DNA from: Octopus bimaculoides
Taxonomy: Eukaryota
DNA: 36,700 nucleotides
Direction: 5' to 3'
Assembly: GCF_001194135.2 (NCBI RefSeq)
Contig: NC_068986.1
Location: forward strand, 98,907,409 to 98,944,108
The notes under the pieces are model-generated. The model was not told where the DNA came from. It did no database searches and saw nothing but the letters and a program-made list of their open reading frames with translations. The first letter of the stretch is position 1. Each line of letters begins with the position of its first letter. Position numbers and translations under genes: made by a program. Shown one piece after another: positions 23,480 to 34,989 of this stretch.

Positions 23480-23690
23480 TACGGTATGGTCATGTCTGGT
23501 ACACTTGTGATGATTGATGAGACGGGATTAATCTTAAACGACAAAACAAAGCCACATTGAATAATATAGGTCTAAATACACTATGTTTGAATAAAAGACA
23601 GGATAGTCACAGCTGGGACACTTTTAAAAATATATCTGCTTAGTGCTGACCTGGGGCTAAGCATCCACAACAATAACAGCAACAACAAAT
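23480..23690 (+). mobile_element. Old (CAA)n-tailed interspersed repeat (related fragments near 18690-18745, 19735-19800, 22790-22960)
   Basis: Shared 3' motif GG.CTGACCT.GGG.TAA.CAAC seen at several loci. Confidence 0.55.
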
Positions 23691-24741
23691 CGTAGAAAAA
23701 GATAGAGACGATATGGATGATTTTCAAATGAATAACAATTGTTTACCAGTCGCCAAACGCTTCTCCAAGATTTTATCACATCTGTCCAATAGTTTTATCT
23801 TCGGAAAATATTGTCCATTGTTCATTGAAATTCTGAAGAATCACTTTCAAAAACAAAAACAAAAAAACAATTCCACGTACTTTTTTTTTCTGTCTCCATA
23901 TATCTGCCTTTCAGCAAATTTTATTGTAAAGGACAACAAGCAAACATTAATAAATCTAACATTATCGAACTTCTATATTTAAATATCTTACTAAAGTGTT
24001 CGTTTTCAATTCTATTTACCAGAGTAATAGTTTGAAAAGTTATAATCTTATTAACAAGCGACTATTACTAGAGATTTGGCTGCTATTTGAAGCATGTCAA
24101 GATGCATAGAATCTCCTTTGTTTGATCAGTTGTCCTATTTAAGAAGAAAAAGAACTTAGAAGGCAATATTTATCTATTATCCTTGGGAAACATTGGATTT
24201 GCAAGACATTCTAATGTATAAAATATCAATCAAATATATACGTAGATTAAATAAGGTGAACATAGAGAATGCTTGTTTTTTTTTTTTGTTTTGTTTTGTT
24301 TTTTCGATCCGTAAGGATAAAACCTTTGGATTACTGTGAGGGAATTGTAAAATATTTGTTATTTACAGATCAATTTTGGCCGTTATTTCCTTTATAAGTG
24401 CGGATGTTTGTTTTGTAACTTGCAAACACACACTCACACATACACAACACATACACGCACACGCACACATGCAAGCACACAAACACAAGTGCATACATAT
24501 ACATGTGTGAGTGTAAATGGTACGTGTATGCATGTATAGTATGAGTTATATATTCAAATATACTTATAATATATGAATGTATACATATATATTTTGTTTA
24601 CTTATTGAACTTTTACAAGAGGGGTGATAGTAACATCCAAGTTTTGGCCATCTACACTTCGTGAGATACATGCATACATGCTTACATACATACATAAATA
24701 TATACATGCATACATACATACATACATACATACATAAATAT

Positions 24742-24930
24742 AGGTGCTATTATGGTTGTGTGATTAGAATTTCGCTTCCCAATCACATGGTTCCGGGTTC
24801 AGTCCTACTGCGTGTCATCTTGGGCGAGTGTTTTCAACTCCAACAAATGCCTTCTGAGCAGCTATGGTAGAGGGAAACTGAAAGAAGCCTGTTGTACGTA
24901 TATGTGTGCGTGTGTTTGTCCCACCACCAT
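24742..24930 (+). mobile_element. Degenerate CORE-like SINE, family C
   Basis: CACATGGTTCCGGGTTCAGTCC.ACTGCGTG.CA.CTTGGGC matches the reverse complement of 36640-36700. Confidence 0.75.
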
Positions 24931-24980
24931 CGCTGGACAACCGGTAGCCAAAGAGTGCACTATTGCGAGTGGTATTTGTG

Positions 24981-25290
24981 AAGGCGCATGGCTCAGTGGT
25001 TAGAGCGTCGAGCTTACGGTCATGAGGTTGTCCGTTCGAATCCCGGACCGGGTTGCGTGTTGTGTTCTTGAGCAAGACACTTTATTTCACGTTGCTCCAG
25101 TTCATTCAACTGTAGAAATGTGTTGTGACGTCACAGGTGCCAAGCTGTATCGGCCCCTTTGCCTTTCCCTGAAGGCTGGTATGCATGGGCGACTGCTGGT
25201 CTTCCATAAACAACATTGCTCCGACTTGTGCCTGGGAGGGTATCTTTCTAGGTGCAATCCCATGGTCAGCCATGTCCGAAGGGGGTCTCA
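24981..25290 (+). mobile_element. tRNA-headed CORE-like SINE
   Basis: A-box TGGCTCAGTGG and B-box GTTCGAATCCC, followed by GTGTTCTTGAGCAAGACACTT...CAACTGTAGAAATG, which resembles the CORE domain (recall). Confidence 0.8.
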
Positions 25291-25704
25291 GCAATTGGCA
25301 TGGTGTGTAGAAGATGCACATTTTCCAACTGGGGACCTGAGAACCCGCATGTTATGGTGGAACACCATGTTAATTTACCAGGAGTTACAGTGTTGTGAGC
25401 GCATATGTATATGTGAGTATATGTATGTCTCTGTGTATGTATATATGCGTCTAAGCACCAGCACAAAAATAATTTCGCCTAAGTATTTTCTTTCTTTCAG
25501 CTTCTACTTCCTTTTCTTTCTCTTAACAGTTACAACAGCGAAAGCTGATTACGTCATTTTCTCTAAACTAGAATGAATACTTTCCACGTTCATATTTGAA
25601 ATTTTTGCGTTTCAACAATTTTTCTCTGATTTTACTCATTCTCGAATCTGATGGACATTTAGCGGTACTACGTAAGCCGACTCAAGAAATCCCTAGTGAG
25701 ACCT

Positions 25705-25763
25705 TTTGTTGATGTACCTGAAGAGACCCAGAATGGGTCGAAACATGTGTTATACCCAATAAA
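25705..25763 (+). ncRNA. Type I hammerhead ribozyme-like motif, probably a PLE terminal repeat
   Basis: CUGAAGA (25718-25724), stem II GACCCA/UGGGUC, GAAAC, minimal stem III with palindromic ACAUGU, GUU cleavage triplet, and an extended stem I. It is followed by AATAAA and (TA)n. Confidence 0.65.
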
Positions 25764-25818
25764 GTCTATAACACATTCCATCTCCTATTCTATTAATGTT
25801 ATTACTATATATATATAT

Positions 25819-25828
25819 NNNNNNNNNN
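25819..25828. other. Assembly gap in (TA)n
   Basis: Ns. Confidence 1.
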
Positions 25829-26496
25829 TATATTAGCAGCTACACAAAAACGTCATCACGGTACTACCTCCCAATGTGACATGACGTTGTTGCAAAAGCA
25901 ATATACAATACCATTCGGAAAAAAGATAGATAGATAGATAGATTCTTTTACTCGTAATTCGTTGCGGAGGACGACTTTCTGACGAAGGAGACATTATTTA
26001 CAAGAATGAGTTTAACTTTTGAACTTTTTACCTTACCGGAAAAGTAGTCCGGAAACGGTCATCGAATGGACTTCCTCTAATAACAGGACTTAATTCATAA
26101 TCCTTAATTGCAAATTTTTAATCTTTTCTAGTAATGTAGTTTTTGTTCTATGAACTGTCATATCTTATTTTGATATATAATTTAAATATGTTGTATCTTT
26201 TTCTATAAGTAGTTTATCATTCTAGTGTTCTCTTTCGTTTGCACTGACCACATTTATATCTCGCATATTTTTACGTTCTTTTAATTTATATTTTCATTTA
26301 TATATTTATATGTTATGCTTTTATGTATATAGATTTGTATATGTATTAATGTATATGTATTTTTTTATATATATATTTTTTTAATTTTATGTCTCTGTGT
26401 TATCCGTTTGGAAATTTGATGATTGACCTAAACTTTGCTTCTGCGTTTACCTCTTCAATTATCGTTCGTCTGGGACTCATTCTGAGTACTTCTCAG

Positions 26497-26835
26497 TTGT
26501 TGTTGTTGTTGTTGTTGGCACTCCGTCGCTTACGACGTCGAGGGTTCCAGTTGATCCGATCAACGGAACAGCCTGCTCGTGAAATTAACGTGCAAGTGGC
26601 TGAGCACTCAACAGACACGTGTACCCTTAACGTTGTTCCCGGGGATATTCAGCGTGACACAGTGTGACAAGGTTGACCCTTTGAATTACAGGCACAACAG
26701 AAACGGGAAGAAAGAGTGAGAGAAAGTTTTGGTGAAAGAGTACAGCAGGGTTCGCCACCATCCCCTGCTGGAGCCTCGTGGAGCTTTAGGTGTTTTCGCT
26801 CAAAAAGCACTCACAACGCCCGGTCCTATGACTGC
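26497..26835 (-). mobile_element. SINE family A, 5' end lost in the gap
   Basis: (GTT)n tail at 26497-26517; the body is the reverse complement of 20160-20485. Confidence 0.92.
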
Positions 26836-27027
26836 NNNNNNNNNNNNNNNNNNNNNNNNNNNNNNNNNNNNNNNNNNNNNNNNNNNNNNNNNNNNNNNNN
26901 NNNNNNNNNNNNNNNNNNNNNNNNNNNNNNNNNNNNNNNNNNNNNNNNNNNNNNNNNNNNNNNNNNNNNNNNNNNNNNNNNNNNNNNNNNNNNNNNNNNN
27001 NNNNNNNNNNNNNNNNNNNNNNNNNNN
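26836..27027. other. Assembly gap
   Basis: Ns. Confidence 1.
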
Positions 27028-27145
27028 ATATATATATATATATATAGATTTAATCAAAAGATTAAATGTGATACTTAAAATGCTTGTGGCACCAGAATTT
27101 GGTAGGGTAAAAGCCAAATACAAAATCAAGAGAATTGGTGAATAA

Positions 27146-27320
27146 AATTTGAAAAAAAAAGCAACAAAAATGTACTAGGTTATAGCAGTACGTACGTTTC
27201 GTACAAACTTCATTTATTTATGTAGTGAGAACACCACATGTTCTACATAAATAAATGAAGTTTGTACGAAACGTACATACTGCTATAACCTAATACATTT
27301 TTGTTGCTTTTTTTCAAATT
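27146..27320. repeat. Near-perfect inverted repeat, arms about 80 bp
   Basis: 27146-27225 is the reverse complement of 27243-27320 with 2 substitutions and a homopolymer length difference. Confidence 0.97.
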
Positions 27321-27349
27321 CTTTTCAAAAATTATATATATATATATAT

Positions 27350-27660
27350 AGTTGTGTTCTTGAGCAAAACACTTCATCTATGATCAATTTGACACCGACG
27401 CGTGGTACACAGTGCTCCTGTTCAGACAACGTCGATTTGATGGAGAAAGCGGGCTAATGTGTGGTACGAACACTTGATCATTATGATCAAATCATTTGTG
27501 TAGGTCGTTCGACAAAAACAGAACAGTCGTACGTCATCTTTGACGGGAGAGTCCATTATATAGTAGTGGCGATTTAAAGAAAAGGCTAGATTTGTATGTT
27601 GCGCGTTTGGCGACATGCAATATGTACAAACATGCACACTCATACACAGATTCCTATCGC
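27350..27660 (+). mobile_element. 5'-truncated CORE-like SINE fragment
   Basis: GTTGTGTTCTTGAGCAAAACACTT matches 25060-25083; the downstream body differs. Confidence 0.5.
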
Positions 27661-27934
27661 TTATAAAATCCAAACGATGCATTGGGCTATATGCCAGAGA
27701 TAGGAAGAATAGCGAGAGGGTTTGTGTGAGAGCCAAATCTTAAGAAAGAAGTTTAAAGTAAAGAAACATTAATATTGATAAGCAGTGGAAGTTAAAAAGA
27801 AAACTCGAAGTTGCATAGTCAATGGACGGCAAAAACATGATACACGCTTAAACACACACATTTTCACATACAAGCAAACCTGTCTCTCATACATACACAC
27901 ACATTTACACACATTCATTTATATACACACATTT

Positions 27935-27979
<45 letters not shown>

Positions 27980-28769
27980 AACTACTACAATTTAGAATGG
28001 AGAAACTTGACAAGCAGTTCCTAGGAAAAGTAAAGAAGCAGAAAGTTTATAATATTTTGTATTGATAATAATAGTTTATCTCAAAATGTCGGCGTTAACA
28101 CTGTCTTTTCAGAACACGTATAGCGTATTAACTACACAAACCTATTAAAATTAATACTCGCGCGCATACACACGCGAACGCACACGCATACACGCGCGTG
28201 CGCATACACGCGCGTGCACGCACTCACACATGCGTATGTCTACACATATATATACTAATAGATGGATAGATAAGCAGACAGACGCACACAAACACGCACA
28301 CACATACACACAGAGATACATTTCTTTTATTAGACACACAGGTCTCAATATAGAGGGGACAATACAATGTAGAATTTTTTCTTCTTAAAAAAAAAATAAA
28401 GGTTTTTGTTAATAAAGTCGAAAATTTCGAAAAGTGAAATTTAAAAAATGTTAATGTTCGTATTAACAAAAACAGGTAAGGTTATCCGTGGGAAGAGAAA
28501 ACCTACGAAAAAAGGACCACGGAGACCTTGGACATTGGATGGGCGTCACTGTTCAGGACCAAGGTCCCTACTCTCTTTCTTTTCTTTTCTTTTACAGTGT
28601 TATGCTTAGATTGGGTCCGTCATTCACACGGACCATTCTTGCTACATTCACCCACCTTTTATAGATAGATAGATAGATGGATGGATGGATGGATGGATGG
28701 GTGGATGGATACACATAACCACCAGAAGTCTCGCAAAATGGTTTCGAGACCCCTCAAATTTTCGCTGAT

Positions 28770-29360
28770 CCTTCCTAAGCCCGTTGATTTCCAGTCATAT
28801 GCCAGCAATATGTAGCTGACCCTGGGTCCAAACGAAAATCTCTAACTCGGTTATAAATCATGTTATTTCTTCACAAGTTTTCTTTAGATGCTCATCTTTT
28901 CTCCAATTTAGAGAAGACATTCAGAACCAATGTGCAGCAAACCGCTACAATAGTACACCAATTTCTCCTGTCCAATAAAATAATACCAGGCCTATTATAT
29001 TTGCGTTGGTTACTGTTTTTATTGGAATGGTCATCTAATATTTTTAAATGTGAGGATACATTTTGGTTCTGGTGTGCGTTTCGTATGACCATCGGAACAA
29101 ACCTTCTTGCGGATAGTATTGTGTGTAGTTTTAGCAACAGTGTTATGTCTCATGAGAATGTAGTAGCTTGCGGGAATTTTTGGACAGTTGCTGAAGGTGT
29201 GGGCGAAACCGACTACGCTGGCATAATCGACTTACATTTTGTATCACGAGGAGAATTCTTAAAAGCGTCCTTATCATTTTTATTGATAAAATATTTAGAA
29301 ACTCCTGTTCTTGAACAACAAAGATACAGCCCTCTAGGTATCTGGAAGAAGTTACTCTTC
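28770..29360 (-). mobile_element. RLE-type non-LTR retrotransposon 3' fragment, distinct lineage from 5.2-7.4 kb
   Basis: Across frames: SSRYLEGCIFVVQEQE, DTKCK/RLC, CPKIPASYYILMRHNTVAK, KYNRPGIILLDRRNWCTIVAVCC. This gives a zinc knuckle plus a PD-type endonuclease. The + strand ORF 28860..29450 is its antisense. Confidence 0.75.
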
Positions 29361-29899
29361 GTGGCAATGCTTTTGGTATGTATGTGTGTATATATATCCA
29401 TGTGTGTATATATGTACGTATGTATGTATGTGTGGATGTATGTAAGATAGATAGGTAGAGAGAGAGAGAGAGAGAGAGAGATTACCTTAACGTTATCTCT
29501 ACAGATTCTCTATGCAATTTCAAGCCATTGTTGGCTCTAAATTCGATTCAAAATCCCAAAAGTTATTGAATTGCAATGCAGAAATGCCAGTAAGAGTTCT
29601 GTCAGTATACCGCCTTATTGAAATATATTATATTAATATATCTTTATATTAGTTTTGAAAGTTCTCGTGATTTTCTTACAAAATTCACATGGTACTGGTT
29701 ATTGCCCACCTTCTGACCGCTACAGGGTCGTAATAGTTATAGAAACGGCTTTAGCAGTGGCAGATGTCTGTTGTTCCTTACTGGCAAATTTGGCAATAAG
29801 GAGTGGCTATTAGTGATGAGTGTCGTATAGTAGCAGTGGCAGAGTAGTAGCAGCAGCATGGTAGTGGTGGTAGTTGTAGCTGCTGTATCATTCCCACTT

Positions 29900-30400
29900 G
29901 GAGAAGGGTTACAGCGTTTATTACGGCTTTATCAGAGCTGGATCGCTCACATGTTGAACACTGAGATAACAGTAACTTACGGTAACTTGCAATAGGCACA
30001 GTCTTGGAGATAACTGAATTGTTATATCTAATCTTCGTTAGCGCATGTGTTTGCGCTGGAATTAATAAATGAATAGAAGCACTACATGGTGATAGGAACA
30101 CTAGAACTATTTAAATCACGTTGCCATCATTTGCACTGTAATGCAAATTAGACAAACCAGTTTAGAGAGAAATATGCGTTCGTGTGTGAGTGCAGCCTAT
30201 GTTTATTGATGAAATGTGTAACTATCGATCAGAGAAACCATAAAGTCATGCTCTCGGAACAAAGTACTTTCAGGTGTGCTTCTTCTGCTTCGGGAAGAAT
30301 CTTCTATAATGTTCTGGAGACGGAGTTTTGCTAATACATGATAATTCTCACAAGATTTTCTATCTCTTTTCTTGAAGATAGTGATAATGGCTGCGGTTCT
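29900..30400 (-). mobile_element. Ancient RTE RT-domain remnant
   Basis: AIITIFKKRDRKSCENYH..VLAKLRLQ, TPES..FR, LSKLVC and KIRYN occur in the same order as in the RTE at 9874..11109. Confidence 0.5.
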
Positions 30401-31105
30401 AAATTACTTAGAAATGCAAACTGAAAGGGAGAGTGGGAGGGTGGACAAAGACAGAAACGGAGAAAAGTAAGATAGCATTATTGACTAACGTACAAGAATA
30501 GTTCTGTACAAACTCACATAGGAAATCCCTCTTTCCTTTTCTTTGTCCCTGTCTATCATTCTGTCATCCATACTTACATACAAGCACGTGCAAATACGTA
30601 TATGTGAGCGAATACGTATGTTTGTGTGTGTGCGCGCGCTTGTGTGTATGTGTGCGTGTGTGTATTATGTGTGCGTATGTGCATTTTTTGAGAAATATTG
30701 CTACTGGCTATTCTATAATTTACAACATAAGAAAAATGTCATATATAAATTATTTGTCTATCTAATAGTTACTTGAAACTTATCGACGTATACCATAAAA
30801 TATTGATGTATACGCTACGCCCCAATAATATAAATTATACATTAGAATTTGCTGTCATTATATTGCATTATATTGCAATGTTCACTTTGCAACTCGAGTT
30901 TGACAGCTCTGCAATCTTCAGACGAAAAACAGTTCTTCCCTGCAGATCACATTGTCAACAAAATCGAGTCAAGAAATAAACATTCAGTTTAAATAAACTA
31001 TATACATACATAAATATACAAACATATTTGTCTGTGTGCGTGTATGTATATAGGTGTGTGTGTGTGTGTGTGTTATAAATTAGAGCAAACATTAAACGTG
31101 GTCTT

Positions 31106-31150
31106 ATTCCTTTGTTGTTTTACATATTATTATTATTATTATTATTACTA

Positions 31151-31181
<31 letters not shown>

Positions 31182-31199
31182 TATTATTATTATTATTAC

Positions 31200-31238
<39 letters not shown>

Positions 31239-31268
31239 TATTATTACTATTATTATTATTATTATTAT
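31106..31268. repeat. (TAT)n microsatellite with TAC interruptions
   Basis: Directly visible; source of the poly-Y, poly-L and poly-I ORFs. Confidence 0.97.
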
Positions 31269-31365
31269 ATATACATACATACATGAATACAAGCAGGCAT
31301 TATATATTATACATATATATACATATATATAATGCCTACATGTATTCAAGTTGGTATGTATATAT

Positions 31366-31366
<1 letters not shown>

Positions 31367-31435
<69 letters not shown>
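31367..31435. repeat. (GT)n microsatellite
   Basis: Directly visible. Confidence 0.97.
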
Positions 31436-31439
<4 letters not shown>

Positions 31440-32068
31440 GAAATAATTAAGATTCAGTTGAATTAGGTACTTAAGTTAAGGCACCTAGCCAGTCCGGTAT
31501 GGTCCGCGCAGCTCGAAATTAGATGAATAAAAAGCAAATAAGTAACAAGGATGTCCAGGTATCAGTGCATTATGGCCGTTTCAAGCGGCTCCATTTAATC
31601 AATCAATGGAAACATTACATCAATTTGAAATAAACCGTTCTCCTCAGAAGCGACGACCATATAGATTTCCAACATACAGGATACACCATTATATTTGTTA
31701 GCAAATTTTTCATCAGTACTAGAGAATAATATAATTACATTACCTCTCTTTGCAATTTTTGTGGTAGAATTAATTTAGGGAAAAAATACTTAAAGCCCAC
31801 TATAATTTAGAGTGGCAGAAGAAAATAATGGGGATCAAGAAAGAGGAATGGTGATACAGCTACATTCATCTTTGTCCTTATCGCATTCGAAAGACTCAAT
31901 GCAGTGTATGGTCTACGACACCCCTTGGAATTAAATCCATTGGGAATCGACAGTTAAGTCCTGGGTGGTGATTATAAATTGATTAATGTCAGATACTCTC
32001 CCTACCTCTATTTTACTGGGACCATAAAACCAGCCATATCTACATAAAAGAATATGCTTCAGAAATTA

Positions 32069-32472
32069 CTAGTAAGATAATGATATATAGAGAAGAGGTG
32101 ATAATCAGAAAGACGGACAGGGGTGACTTAACATATTATGATTATCAAATAAAAGGGGTCTGGATTGGAAAACAAAGGAGGTCACAATGAGATTTAAGTG
32201 TGGGAATTAAAAGTACAGGAAAAGATGTGTATCCAAATTTAGCAAAATATTAATTTAAAATTTTTTTTAATTTTAATATTTTAATATATATTTTGCTAAG
32301 GTTGGATGCACACCTTTTCCCATACTTTTAATTCCCACACTTAGATCTCATTATGACCTCTCTTGTTTTCCAATTCAGGCCCCTTTTATTTGATAATCAT
32401 AATATGTTAAGTCACTCCTGTTCTTCCGCTTTCTGGTTATCACCTCTTCTCTTTATCTCATTATCTTACTAG
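32069..32472. repeat. Long imperfect inverted repeat (foldback), arms about 185 bp
   Basis: 32069-32250 aligns with the reverse complement of 32288-32472 at roughly 85% identity; the spacer is 37 bp of pure AT. Confidence 0.95.
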
Positions 32473-32485
32473 CAACTTATATAAG

Positions 32486-32536
<51 letters not shown>

Positions 32537-32872
32537 NNNNNNNNNNNNNNNNNNNNNNNNNNNNNNNNNNNNNNNNNNNNNNNNNNNNNNNNNNNNNNNN
32601 NNNNNNNNNNNNNNNNNNNNNNNNNNNNNNNNNNNNNNNNNNNNNNNNNNNNNNNNNNNNNNNNNNNNNNNNNNNNNNNNNNNNNNNNNNNNNNNNNNNN
32701 NNNNNNNNNNNNNNNNNNNNNNNNNNNNNNNNNNNNNNNNNNNNNNNNNNNNNNNNNNNNNNNNNNNNNNNNNNNNNNNNNNNNNNNNNNNNNNNNNNNN
32801 NNNNNNNNNNNNNNNNNNNNNNNNNNNNNNNNNNNNNNNNNNNNNNNNNNNNNNNNNNNNNNNNNNNNNNNN
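32537..32872. other. Assembly gap within (TA)n
   Basis: Ns. Confidence 1.
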
Positions 32873-32925
<53 letters not shown>

Positions 32926-33084
32926 CTTAAGTGCTAAGTCTTTGAAGTCCCTTTGCGTTCACCTACTTTCAGCCGATTGGCTAGTATGAAAAGTGTTCAG
33001 GTGTTCAGTTCAATTAGTTTGGAACTACTGAAACTACCACCATTTTTGCCAAGTCCCAAAGTACCAGTTTCTTGTAGTGACGTG

Positions 33085-33315
33085 AACCCGAATTTAAACT
33101 CAAAACGTACAGATCCGAAACAAATATCGCAAAACATTTCGGCCGACGTTTTAGCATTCCACTGCTCTCAACAAGAACGTTCGGGATTACTTTTTACCGC
33201 CAAAGTGTAAAAGACAAATGTGACTTACGCAGGATTCGAATTCAGATCACAGAGACACAGAATACATTCGGCAAGGTAGTCTATCCAACACTCTAACGAT
33301 ACAAGCGATTCGACA
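33085..33315 (-). mobile_element. Two highly degenerate SINE family B head fragments
   Basis: GAATTTAAACTCAAAACGT...AAACATTTCGGCCGACGTT and GGATTCGAATTCAGA resemble the reverse-complemented head. Confidence 0.45.
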
Positions 33316-34989
33316 GCCTATGTATGTGCGTCTATGAGTATGCATATATTCACTGCAAATATGCATACGTACATACATACATACATACATACATACATAC
33401 ATACGAGCATAGATATTCGTATGCGTGTGTATATCTACACGTATGCTTGCATCTGAGTAGATAATGTGTTAGTGTTTAGACGTTTTCTTTGTCAAGTATT
33501 AATGTCATCCTGCTTAGATGAAACATGAATGTTTGGTTAGTTTCTAAATTGTGTGTGTGTATGCGTATGTGTGTGTGTATGCGTATGTGTGTGTGTACGT
33601 ATGTACGTATGTATATATATATTGCCGAAAACTAATATTTTTCCGATGTATTCGTTGGTTATTATTATTTAAATATACATTTGGGATTTGAATGATTTCA
33701 CACATATTCATTGTTTTCACTTTGATCACCACTCTATTTCATAGAAAGAGATATAGGAGAATTATATAACTGTTGTTGCATGTGTGTGATAGTATGTGTG
33801 CATGTGTGTGTGTACGTATGTAAAACTAATGCAAATAATATATCTCAACTGATCCATTCTATTTTCAAATTTTATTCTTATAGCATTTTATCTATATATT
33901 GACATTTATGTGTGTGTGTGTGTGTGTGTGTGCGTGTAAGTATTTATGTATAAATGTATAATCCCTTTTAAAACACACTCCTACGCAGATAGTACCACAT
34001 ATTAAATAATACAGCAATCTTAAAAGCGAATGAATATTCATGATAAAATAGTTTTGAATATAATGTGCCTGAAGAGAAGAATGCCGGTCGACCGATGTTA
34101 GTTCGAAAAAGGCTGTAATCATCTCTCAGTTTATAGGAATAATTAAATTAATGTTATTCCTTTTGGTAAATACACGTACTTATATACTTTTTGTCACAGA
34201 TTCCCTCTCCCCAACACCTCCAAGCTGCAATTGTCAACTTGAGCATAAATCTAAATTTTTTACATTTAATTTGCTTTTGTTATAGAAGTGAAAATTTACA
34301 AACATTTACGTAAGGAGTTACACTGTCAAAAATATCTAATTGAGTTAAATAGATTGTGAATAAAAAAAATATGCTAAAATTGTATTTACATGTGTATTTA
34401 ATTTATAAAAGCCCCAAATTTGTTACTTTGTAAAGTAGTGTTGTTTTTTTTACATGAAATATACGAGAATAAGATGATTTAATTAAAATATACGACGTCT
34501 TAATTTATACTTGCTTATTAAAAAATAACTCTCATACACACAATTTAATTAGATACAAGCGGCTATAATTAAAATATATTAGAGTTTTAATTGTTTTATT
34601 TCTATTTTTACGATTGTATGTAGTTTAGATACAGTGCAGTTAACATGAGATTTAAAGCTAGAGGGAGTACAAACCGGCTTTGTTTCTTCCGATGAATGAA
34701 TAACCCCAAAAAAAAGCAAGCGAGAAAAAATATTCCACTTGTAATAATACTACCGATGGAAAGCATTATACTGAATCTGCTAGAAATAATTTCTAAGTAT
34801 TTTTTCCACGAAACGTTTATTCAAATGAGTTTTAAAGATGAACACACTTGCAGGAGTTAAAATAATTTTAGATGCATATTGTGTGTGTGTATGTACACTT
34901 TAATGGAAACTCCTAATTAACGATTTATCTTTTGCTTTCCCCTAGTTCGCCCCTGTCTTTACAAACATACATACCTACAATGTATGTTC

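Noticed and set aside
25022-25576. 184-aa ORF
   Set aside because: Reads through a SINE body and microsatellite; no domain.
28520-28650. Two hairpins plus ACA as an H/ACA snoRNA
   Set aside because: No ANANNA hinge box, no pseudouridylation pockets, and hairpin sizes do not fit.
28860-29450. 196-aa + strand ORF
   Set aside because: Antisense to an RLE retrotransposon fragment, and it ends in a microsatellite.
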